A stretch of DNA of 62,151 bases, counting the filler, from Jimgerdemannia flammicorona (lineage: Eukaryota), in the NCBI GenBank assembly GCA_003990765.1. It is 2 parts of 2 records of this genome, joined end to end, with 100 filler letters (N's around TTAATTAATTAA, not from the genome) between each part and the next. Parts side by side here need not be neighbours in the genome. Positions count along the whole stretch, not along the records: positions 1 to 31,028 come from RBNJ01000412.1; 1 more part is not named here. The stretch is one strand, 5' to 3'. The first letter of the stretch is position 1; each line of letters begins with the position of its first letter. Positions 1 through 10,418 of the stretch are shown here, in pieces. The notes under the pieces are model-generated. The model worked only from the letters and a program-made list of their open reading frames with translations. It did not search any database and had not been told where the DNA came from. Both the position numbers and the translations under genes were made by a program.

Positions 1-172
1 CCTAACCCTAACCCTAACCCTAACCCTAACCCTAACCCTAACCCTAACCCTAACCCTAACCCTAACCCTAACCCTAACCCTAACCCTAACCTTAACCCTG
101 ACCCTAACCCTACCCTAACCCTAGCCCTAACCCTAACCCTAACCCTAACCCTAACCCTAACCCTAACCCTAA
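1..172 (+). repeat. Terminal telomere (CCCTAA)n, i.e. TTAGGG on the minus strand
   Basis: Uninterrupted CCCTAA array at the window start, with a few variant units at about 90-124. Confidence 0.98.
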
Positions 173-211
173 TTATGAAAGCTGCCGCTTTCATAAGCTA
201 AGCCTCTCATC

Positions 212-225
212 GGGTATAAATACCC
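212..225 (+). promoter_or_regulatory. TATA-like box inside the palindrome GGGTAT-AA-ATACCC in the element 5' UTR
   Basis: TATAAAT at 215-221; retained in copy 2 (about 5368-5381) and partly in copy 4 (about 19480). Confidence 0.35.
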
Positions 226-321
226 TTCTCCATTATTTTTTCGTTGCTCAAACAAAGGTCACGTGGCCCGCGTTTCACAATTTCACAAACACAAACAAAT
301 ACACCTCTGCCTATTTCGGCA

Positions 322-1820
322 ATGTCAGCCACCTCCTCCATCATCAGCGATGACGGCAATGCTACCCGCCTTTTTGCATGCTTCGGCGCCTCTCTCCGCT
401 GTGCTGAATGTCGCGGCGTCAGTCTTCTCTCTCTCGGCTTCAGCGAGGGTAGCCTTACGGCGATGTGCAGGTCGTGCGGGGATGCACGCCCGATTTCATC
501 ATATTTATCTTCTCTGCATGATGCGGAAGATGACGAAGAGATCGCGATCTCTTCCGATTCGGACCACGACGCCCAGCGCCCCCCTACTCTCCCACGCCCC
601 CACCCCTCAACTGGAACAAGCGTGGTCGCCCGAACACTAGTTTGGGTATGACCCCGATGGCCGGTCATGCGGGCCCCTCGGCCGACCCTGATCTGGCCAC
701 AGAGATGGCCACAATAAGGAAGCAGATCTCAGATCTGCTGACTCAAGTGGCCGAACTGGTCAAGATCAACGCCCACCTGATGGCGCAGATTGCTGCACGT
801 CATGCGCCCACTGCCCCCTCGTCATCTGATGCTCCTTCGGGAAGTACCCCCACCGCCCCTTCCACAACCACTCCCCCCAAGTCCCCAGCCCCCCCTCCTA
901 CTGGTCCTGCTGCGAACACGCGGTCGAAGGCCCAGAAGCGAGCGGACAAATGGGCCACTAAAGCTGCTACCTCGCAGTCTGGTGTACCGCCAAAGGAGGT
1001 AACTCCCATGGCCGTGCCTCCGGCTGCTAAAGCCGCGCTCTCTAAAAAGGGCAAGACCAAGGTTCCCGGACCAGTGCCCCAGGTTATGCCTGCGGGACCC
1101 AGTGCCGCCGGCCCGTCTTCGTCCTCTGCTTCGACCCCCGCCCCCCCCAAATCATACACCACCGCCGCCAAGAAGGTTTCTATCAAGGATAGGACCCAGA
1201 CCTACCCCAAGACGGAAAGGGCAGCTGCTGCCGCCGCCCTTTCGCGCATGACCCATAAGCTGACCTCTCATTTGTCGCCAACTGAGAAGGGTGCTAGGCT
1301 TCAGCGCATTTACGTCGACGGATTTGCCCATCTCAAGATCGGGCAGATCCGGAGGAACTTGTACAACATCCATATGATATTATCAAAAGTTCTCAATATT
1401 TCGTACATCTTGGCGTCGACCATCGAATTCCTGCTCCGCCCTGATTATGTCACGGCATTCCAAAAGAAGATGAAGGCGCTTGAGTTCTCGGTACTGTCGG
1501 CCTGGAACCCTGCGCTCCCACGCAACAAGAACGCCACAGAGGCTGTGAAGGCACGGGTACTCCAATTATTCCATGCTCGGGTCCAGCAGTTGGCAGGTGA
1601 AGCCACTGCAAAGAGGCCCGAGGTGCAGACCTTCTATCAAGCTTGGGCCGCAGAACTCGGCCTTGCTCTCCTCTCCCCCGCCTCCCCATTGGCCAGCCCT
1701 GCTTCGAAGGCAGGTGGTACTGTGGCTGTGACTAGTGAGATGGCGATGGATTTGGAAGCTGAAGCTTCCGCCTCAGGTGCTTCCCATGCTATTGGCGCTA
1801 ACGCGCCCGGCCCACAATGA
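322..1820 (+). pseudogene. ORF1 of the telomeric retroelement (about 499 aa reconstructed: C4 zinc ribbon, coiled-coil-like segment, Pro/Ala/Ser-rich linker, C-terminal globular domain)
   Basis: ORFs 244-651 and 642-1820 join if one C is restored in the C-run near 580; copies 2 and 4 are in frame there. Contains CAEC...CRSC and LATEMATIRKQISDLLTQVAELVKIN. Confidence 0.8.
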
Positions 1821-4800
1821 GAGTCGGGTTTTTCAATGCACACGGACTACCCCAGGACAAGTTCGATGTGCTCAGTCAGTTGATTGGTCCTGCCCTCGAC
1901 ATTCTTTTCATATGTGAAACATGGCACATCCCGCTGCGTCCCTCTCTGCTCATTCATATGTCTTCCCCTCCGGCATCGCACAGGATAATGGGTCATCAGA
2001 ATGGTGGTCTCGTGGTTCTTGTGTCCAACTATTTCGCCCCCCTCATTTCCAGGTCCTCCGCTGACCCCTTCCTTATCCAGCTCATGTTCCAGAGCTTGGC
2101 TTTGGTTGGGGTTTATACCCCCCCCTCTCTTCCCATTGGTAGCTTTCGTGATCTGGTGTCTGGACCCTTTCCGGGTAAGGCCCTTTTGATTGGTGACATC
2201 AATACCCGTTTCGGTGTTTGCCTTGGTGACGTCAACTCTGGTCCTCATGATCAGATGGATGTCATCGACACCTCCCTGATGACGTGGTCGCTGAACCACC
2301 TGACCCCGGTGGCTGGATCCATACGCGTTGACCACGCGTTCGCAACCGCGTCCCTCCACGTGTCCCTCACCTGCTCCACCCCTCCTGTCACTACTGATCA
2401 CCCCTCCCTCCTCACCATCTCCTTCCCCTTCTCCCCCTCGCCGGTTGCTGCCTTGGCTGGTGTCCGTCGTTACTCTGCGAGATATCTGACCGATCCGTTT
2501 GTTCAAGCCCACCTTCGGGAATCAGCAGATATTGTTTGTGATACCGTTGTCAGGTCCATCTACTCTGTCAGGGACCACATCGCCGGCTTTTGTTCTGTGG
2601 AAGATCGCCAGCAGTTTGTGGATTCCCTTGATGCTCTTTTGACCTCTGGTCTATAGTCAGTCTGTGAGGACATTCTTGGCTCATATGACGCAAGAGAGAT
2701 CAGGACGGTGCCGCTCCCTCAGCGGGACCTTCTTTGCAGTGCATCTTCGGTCTCTGATACCATCCGTGGTTTCAAGCGAGTGTATCGCTCCACCCCCTCC
2801 GCACCTCTCCAATCTCGCTCCCCCAATGTCCCAATGTTCAATGATGTGGTTGCTCACTTTCCCACCATCTTCGGCCAGCCTGACACCTCCCTCCGCCTCG
2901 ATGACTCTGAGGATGTCTTTCCCATCGGCGTGGGCACTCTTGGACTGCAGTCTTGGTTTGACCAACCTGAGGTTTGGAGGGCTGTCTGCAGCTACCCTCT
3001 CTCAAAGGCATGTGGTGCCGACTCCTTGCATGTCCGGATCCTTCGGGTGATGGCAGGTAAGTGAGACACCCCCTGTAGCCTTTCGAAGGCCCTCTCGTTC
3101 TTCTTCCAGATGTGTGTGGTTTGGGGGCTCACTCCCCGCTGCTGAAACTCTGCCATCATCACCCCGGTCCCCAAGAAGGAGGAATCGCATACGATCAATA
3201 GATTTCGCCCTATTGCTCTGACTGAAATGTTTCGTAGACTCTTCGAGTGGTGCTTGGAAGGATACATCAAAAGCCGAAGTGATCTGACAGAAATGTTGCA
3301 CTGCCAAGGTGGCTTCCGAACCTGCTTCTTGTCCCTTTCCCATGTCTTATTATCGCACAAGACATGGGTCAAAGGATGGGGCCACCGTGTCTTCCTAGAC
3401 CTCTGGCAGGCGTATGATCGAGTCCCCCTCCAGTGCATTCTTTCCCGCCTTGAGGCACAAGGTGCCGATGCGGCCCTCCTTAGCATTATCCGAAGCCTGT
3501 TCAATCACTGTTCTTATCAGGTGTTTGTTAATGGCCTTGTCACCCCTTTGATCCCCACTGAGCATGGCCTCTTCCAGGGCTCCCTCCTCTCCCCTTGGCT
3601 ATTCGATGTTTTCATCGACCCCCTTGCCGCCTCCTTTAATGAACAGTTCAAGGAGTACGACTTCCCCCTTGGGCTCTTCTTTGCTGATGATATCGCCCTT
3701 ACCCCCCGCACTGCCGCGGAAGAACAAAGGATTGTTGATTTTTGCGAAGATTGGCTACGGGTGAACGGTATGGAGCTCAACCCCAAGAAGTGTGGTCATG
3801 TTGGCCCGGCTGACTGTACTGTGCTGATTGGGGGAGAACCCTGCCCACGATCCACCTCCTACGTATACCTGGGTGTGCCATATACCAACAAAGGGTTTGA
3901 CTTTGTCAACCTTGCATTGCAGAATACGGCAAAGGCAGAACGAACTCTTGGGTTCTGCCATGCCTGTGGTCCCCTCTGGTCGCCAATGGTCAAGTAGGCC
4001 ATCGTACGAACATTCATCCGGTCTCAGCTGGAGTATGGCCTTCCCCTTCTACGTGCTTCCTGTCCGGCTACTACCATGGGGCTTCAGGTGTTGAAGCGTC
4101 CCGAGCAGGTCTTTGATGACGCTGTCGCTTGGGCGGTTGGATTTTCAGGCGGGCCTCTGCTTGGCAGTCCGATTCTTGGCCTCCCTTCCTTCCTTTGTCA
4201 AACGTCTGACCTCTGCTGCATATTCCAAGCCCATCTGGATTGGTGTAGCAAGTCTGGCAACAACCCCATCGGCCCCCTTAGCGAGCACTTTGTCATGCAT
4301 CCCCCGGGTTCAATCATTGACAAATTCCAGTGCTGGACCTCTTGGCTTGACTTCCTCAACTGGTATTGGGACCTTCGTCCCCAAGTCCACAAGACTCGCT
4401 CGCTCCGCTCCTTCCTCCAGTCCTTCCTCCGGGATCAGCTGCTTCAGGAATGGGCCTCCTCCTCCCAGGCTCTCGTTTGGTATATCACCCCCAAAGGCCG
4501 CTTGCGGTCGCAGGGCGCTGATCGCATCCTTTCCTTCCTCCCCCGGCTTGTGCGTTCTGCCCTTGCCTAGCGTTATGGCTATTTTGGCCAACCCTGCCCC
4601 TGCCCCTGTGGAGATAAGTTTCATCATGGCCATCTCCTCAGGTGCGGTCTTCTCGACGGTTCATATTCTGCTTTCCGAGGTTCCTCAGATCGAGATGAAC
4701 AGCTCGACTGATTTACCAATGACGAATGGCAGGAGGAACTTCGCGTCTACCTGCTTCATGCTCTTCACGAGACAGCCTACCACGCTATCGACACCATGTG

Positions 4801-4863
4801 TAATTCTGGTGGCCACCTCGTGGTGGGTTTTGCCTGACCGAGATTACGAAGATGCTTGGGTGA
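1817..4863 (+). pseudogene. ORF2: APE endonuclease + reverse transcriptase + C-terminal Cys/His motif (about 1015 aa; six in-frame stops, one late frameshift)
   Basis: APE motifs FFNAHGL, ICETW, GVYTPP, GDIN, RVDH, TDH. RT motifs FRPIAL, QGGFR, FLDLWQAYD, GLFQGSLLSPWLF, FFADD, NPKKC, YVYLGV. Stops at 2654, 3062, 3143, 3995, 4568, 4709. Confidence 0.93.
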
Positions 4864-5239
4864 TCGAGCGATCACACATTTTTTTTATTTCTTTCTTTCC
4901 CCTCATTCGACTTGATTGGTTCCCCCGTTGTTGAGAGTGCATTGAGTTATTCATCTCATGTCAGTCATTTGGCGTTCAGTTGTCGATACAGTTCCTGTAG
5001 TTGGTGCCAGGCGTTTGTGAATTATATCTTAGCATTTCTTTTCTTTGCTTTTCACATTTTATTATCTTTACAGCCATGACAAAATGGTTTTATCCAGCCC
5101 ATCCATAGGGTGGTCATCTCTCTGGCCTTTGTTTTGTACTTCCTAGCTAGTTGTTTGCTTCGCTGGCCTTGTTTTGCTTTTCTCATCTTAGGAGTCTTTG
5201 CCGTTTATTGCTCCGATGTATCTTGTCTTCTCTATAATG

Positions 5240-5245
5240 AATAAA
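5240..5245 (+). promoter_or_regulatory. AATAAA polyadenylation-type signal 13 nt upstream of the CCTAA tail
   Basis: AATAAA sits at the equivalent position in every element 3' end (also about 10395, 13233, 19344, 24414). Confidence 0.5.
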
Positions 5246-5263
5246 TCCTTACTTGAAGCCTAA

Positions 5264-8200
5264 TTTAAGACACTCACATCATTTCCCCATTTTGCTACAC
5301 TCGCTTTATGGCCTAAAGCTATTCCACATTAAGAAAGCAGTCACTTTGATTAGCGAAGCCTCCCATTGGGTATAAATACCCCCTTCCCTATTATTTTTTC
5401 ATTGCACAAATAAAGGTCAAGTGATCCGTATTTCACAATTTCACAAATACAAACAAATACACCTTTGCCTATTCCGGCAATATTGGCCACCTCCTCCGTC
5501 GTCAGCGATAATGGCAATGCCACCTGCCTCTTCGCGCACTTCGGCGCCTCTCTTTGCTACGCTGAATATCGTGACATCAGTCTCCTTTCTCTCGGCTTCG
5601 GTAAGGGTAGCCTTACGGCGATGTGCAGGTCATGTGGGATGCACAACCGATATTGGCGTATTTATCTTCTCTGCATGATACAGAGGATAATGAAGAGATC
5701 GCGATCTCTTCTGATTTGGACCACGATGCCCAGCACCCCCCCTTCTCTTCCACACTCCTGCCCCTCAATCGGAACAAGCACGGTCGCCTGAACACTAGTT
5801 TGGGCATGACCCCGACTGCTGGTCGTGCAGGCCCCTCAGCCGACACCGATCTGGTCATGGAGATGGCAACGATGAAAAACCAGATCTCGGATCTGCTGAC
5901 TCAAGTGGCCGAACTGGCAAAGATAAATGCCCAGCTGATGGCGCAGCTTGCTGCACAGTCTGCGCCTACTGCTCCCTCATCATCTGGTGCTCCTTCGGGT
6001 AGTACCCCCACCGCCCCTTCCACATCTGCCCCCCCCAAGTCCTCGGCCCCCCCTCCTCCTGGTTCTGCCGCTAACATACGGTCGAAGGCCCAGAAACGAG
6101 CGGACAAGCAGGCCGCTAAAGCTGCCGCGTCATAGTCTGGTGCACCGCCAAAGGAGGCAACTCCCACAGCTATGCCTCCGGCTGCCAAAGCTGTGCTCCC
6201 TAAAAAGGGCAAGGCCAAGGCTCCCGGACCAGTGCCCTAGGTTATACCTGTGGGACCCAGCACCGCCGGTCCGTCTTCGTCCTCCGCTTCAGCCCCTGCC
6301 CCCCCTAAATCGTATGCCGCTGCCGCCAAGAAGGTCTCTATTAAGGATAGGACCCAGGCCTACCTCAAGACAGAAAGGGCAGCTGCCACTGCTGCCCTTT
6401 CGCATATGACCTGCAAGCCAACCTCTCACCTGTCACCAACTGAGAAAGGGGCTAGGCTGCAGTGTGTTTACATCAATGGATTTGCCTATCTTAAGATTGG
6501 GCAGATCCAGAAGAACTTGTATGATGTCCATGTGATGTTGTCAAAGGTTCTCAATATGTCGTATGTCTCGGCGTCGACCATCAAATTCCTTCTCTACCCT
6601 GATTATGTCAGGGCATTCCAAAAGATGATGAAGATGCTCAGGTTCTCAGTGCTGTCAGCCTGGGACCCTGCGCTCCCACGCAACAAGAATGCCATGGAGG
6701 CTGTGAAGACATAGGTACTCCAATCCTTTCACGCTCGGGTCCAGCAGTTGGCAGGCGAAGCCACTGCGAAGAGGTCTGAGATGCAGACCTTCTAACGAGC
6801 TTGGGACGCGGAACTCGGCCTTACTCTCCCCTCCCCCACCTCCCCGTCGGCCGGCCCTGCTTCAAAGGCAGGTGGTACTGTGGCCATGACTGGTGATATG
6901 GTGATGGATTTGGAAGCTGAAACTTCTACTTCAGGTGCTTCCCACGCTGTTGGCGCTAACATGCCCAGCCCACAATGAGAGTCGGGTTCCTCAATACATA
7001 CAGACTACCCTAGGACAAGTTTGATATGCTCAGTCGGTTGATTGGTCCTGCCCTCGACGTTCTTTTCATATGTGAAACGTTGCACATTCTGCTGTGTCCC
7101 TCTCCGCTCATTCACATGTCCTCTCCTCCGGTATCGCACAGAATCGTGGGTCACCAGAATGGTGGTCTCGTGGTCCTCATGTCAAACTGCTTTGCCCCTC
7201 TCATTTCTGGGTCCTCCGCCGACCCCTTCCATATCTGGCTCATATTCCAGGGTCTGGCTTTGATTGGGGTTTATACCCCCTCCTCTCTTCCTATTGGTGG
7301 CTTCCGTGATCTTGTGTCTGGTCCCTTTCCAGGTAAGGCCCTCCTGATCGGTGACATCAATACCCGCTTCGGTGCCTGCCTTGGTGACATCAACTCTGGC
7401 CCCCGCAACAGGATGGATGTTATCGATACCTCCCTGATGATGTGGTCATTGAACCACCTAACCCCAGTGGCTGGATCCCCGCATGTTGATCACCATTCGC
7501 CACCGCGTCCCTCCACGCGTCCCTCACTTGCTCCACCCTTCCTGTCACTACCAACCACCCCTCTCTCCTTACTGTCTCCTTCCCCTTCTCCCCCTCGCTG
7601 GTTGCTGCCTTGACTGGCATCCGCCGTTACTCTGCGAGATACATAACCGATCCAGTTGTTCAAGCTCATCTCTGGGAATCAGCAGATATCGTTTGCGATA
7701 CTGTTCTCAGGTCCATCTACTCTGTCCGAGATCACATCGCTGGCTTTCGCTCTGTGGAAGATCGCCAGTAGTTCATGGATTCTCTGGATGCCCTTTTGAC
7801 CTTTGGTCTATAGTCAGTTTGTAAGGACATTCTTGGCTTGTATGACGCAAGGGAGATTAGGGAAGCGCCGCTCCCCTGGCGGGACCTTCTTCACAGTGTA
7901 TCTTCGGTCTCTGATACCATTCGTGGTTTCAAGCGAGCATACTGCTCTATCCTCCTTACTTCTCTCCAATCTCGCTCCCCTAATGTTCCGGTGTTCGACG
8001 ACGTGGTTGCTCACTTTACCGCTATCTTTGGTCAACCGAACGCCTCCCTCCGCCTCGATGACTTTGAGGATGTCTTCTCCCTTAGTGTGGGTGCTCTTGG
8101 ACTGCAGTCTTGGTTTGACCAGCCTGCAGTTTGGAGGGCTATCTGCAGCTACCCCCTCTCCAAGGCCTGTGGCACCGACTCCTTGCATGTCCAGATCCTT

Positions 8201-10418
8201 CGGGTGATGGCAGGCGAGAAGGACACTCCCTGTAGTCTGTCGAAAGCCTTGTCCTTTTTCTTCCAGATGTGCATGGTTTGGGGGCTCACTCCCTACCGCT
8301 GGAACTCTGCCATCATTACCCCAGTTCCTAAGAAGGAGGAATCGTGTACAATTGATGGATTTCACCCTATCGCTCTGACAGAAATGTTTCATCGACTCTT
8401 TGAGCGGTGTTTGGAAGGTTACGTCAAGAGCCGAAGTGGCCTGACAGAAATGTCATGCTGCCAAGGTGGCTTCCGAACCTGCTTCTTGTCTCTCTCTCAT
8501 GTCTTTCTTTCGCATGAGACATGGGCTAAGGGATGGGGTCGCCATGTCTTCCTTGACCTTCGGCAGGCATACGACCGAGTCTCCCTCAAGCTCATCCTTT
8601 CCCGGCTTGAGGCGAGAGGTGCTGATGCAGCCCTCCTTAGCATTATCCGAAGCCTGTTCAATCACTGTTCTTATCAAGTGGTTGTCAATGGCCTTGTCAC
8701 CCCTTCGGTCCCCACTGAGCATGGCCTCTTCCAGGGCTCTCTCCTCTCCCCTTGGCTCTTCGATATCTTTATTGATCCCCTCGCCTCCTCCTTTGATGAA
8801 CAATTCAAAGAGTACAACTTCCCCCTCAGGCTCTTCTTTGCCAATGATATCGCCCTCACCCCCTGCACTGCCACAGAGGGGTAACAGATGATTGACTTCT
8901 GTGAGGACTGGCTTCTGGAGAACAGTATGGAACTCAATCCCAAGAAGTGCGGTTATATTGGCCCTGCTGACTATACTGTACTGATTGGGGGAGAGCCCTG
9001 CCCACGACCCCCCTCTTACATGTACCTGGGCATGCCATACACTAACAAAGGATTTGACTTTGTCAGTCTTGCGTACAGAATGCGGCAAACACGGAACGAA
9101 CTCTTGGGTTCTGCCGTGCCTGTAGTCCTCTCTGGTCACCAATGGTCAAGCTGGCCATCCTACGTACATTCATCAGGCCTCAGCTGGAGTATGGCCTTCC
9201 CCTCCTATGAGCTTCCTGTCTGGTTACTACCACGGGGCTTCAGGTATTGAAGCATCCCAAGCAGGTCTTTGATGATGCTGTCGCTTGGGCGGTTGGATTT
9301 TCCGGCCGACCCTTGCTTAGCAGCTCAATTCTCAGCCTCCCTTCTTTCCTTCGTCGTACGTCCGACCTCTGCTGTATGTTCCAAGCCCACCTGGATTGGT
9401 GTAGCAAGTCCGGCAACAACCCCATTAGCCCCCTTAGCGATTGCTTTGTCACGTGTCCCCTGGGTTCTATTATTGACAAGTTCCAGCATTGGACCTCTTG
9501 GCTTAACTTCCTCGACTGGTACTGGGACCTCCGTCCCCAGGTCCGCAAGACTCGCTCGCTCCGCTCCTTCCTCTAGTCCTTCCTCTAAGATCAGCTATTG
9601 CAGAATTGGGCTTCCTCTTCCCAGGCTCTCATTTGGTATATCACCCCCAAAGGCCGCTTACCATCGCGGGGCGCTGACCACGTCCTCTCCTTCCCCCCCC
9701 AGCTTGTGCATTCTGCCCTTGCCTGGCGCTATAGCTACTTTGGCCAACCCTGCCCCTGCCCCTGTGGAGATAAGTTTCATCGTGGCCATCTCCTCAGGTG
9801 CGGTCTTCTTGACAGTTCATATTCTGCATTCCAAGGTTCTTCTGATCGAGATGAACAACTCGATTGGTTTACCAATGACAAATGGCAGGAAGAACTTCGT
9901 GCCTACCCTCTTCACGCTCTTCACAAGACAGCCTACCACGCCATTGACACCATATGTAATTCTGGTGGCCATCTCATGGTTGGGTTTTGCCTGACTGAGA
10001 TTACAAAGATGCTTGGGTGATCGAGCGATCGCACATTTTCTTTATTTCTTTCTTTCCTCTTGTTCCCCCGGTTGGTTCCCTCTTTGTTGAGAGCGTATTG
10101 AGTTATTCATCTCATATTAGCTATTTGGTGTTTAGTTGTCGATACAGTCCACGTAGTTGGCACCGGGTGAACATGTATTATATCTTAGCCTTTCTTTTCT
10201 TTGCTTTCTGTATTTATTATCTCTACGGCCATGACAAAATGGTTTTATCCAGCCCGTCCATAGGGTGGTCACCTCTCTGGCCTTTGTTTTGTACTTCTTA
10301 GCTAGTTGTTTACTTCGCTGGCCTTGCTTTGCTTCTCTCATCTTAGGAGTCTTTGTCTTTTGTTACTCTAATGTATCTTGTCTTCTCTACAATGAATAAA
10401 TCCTTACTTGAAGCCTAA
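5264..10418 (+). mobile_element. Telomeric retrotransposon copy 2 (full length, degenerate; ORF1 about 5483-6978, ORF2 6975-10020)
   Basis: Colinear with copy 1 over its whole length, with more stops and frameshifts; ends GAAG-CCTAA. Confidence 0.93.

Larger units (their letters stand above)
173..5263 (+). mobile_element. Telomere-associated non-LTR retrotransposon, copy 1 (youngest; lacks about 65-70 bp of 5' end, capped by the telomere)
   Basis: ORF1 plus APE-RT ORF2. The 3' UTR ends AATGAATAAATCCTTACTTGAAG-CCTAA with no poly(A). Colinear with copies starting at 5264 and 19374. Confidence 0.93.

Noticed and set aside
207..3961. Numerous minus-strand ORFs antisense to the telomeric element
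   Set aside because: By-products of GC-rich coding sequence; not conserved intact across copies.
1817..4863. Assignment as telomerase (TERT) or an Athena/Coprina Penelope-like element
   Set aside because: It has an N-terminal APE domain and a LINE-type two-ORF layout; no TERT T-motif or GIY-YIG domain was seen.
4113..4934. 273-aa alternative-frame ORF (also 9269-9994) overlapping the ORF2 3' part
   Set aside because: Ser/Pro/Leu-rich shadow frame of ORF2 with no recognizable motif and differing end points among copies; not supported as a gene.
5264..5360. Hammerhead ribozyme at the element 5' end (as in Penelope-like elements)
   Set aside because: No CTGANGA...GAAA core was found by eye; an HDV-like fold cannot be excluded without computation.
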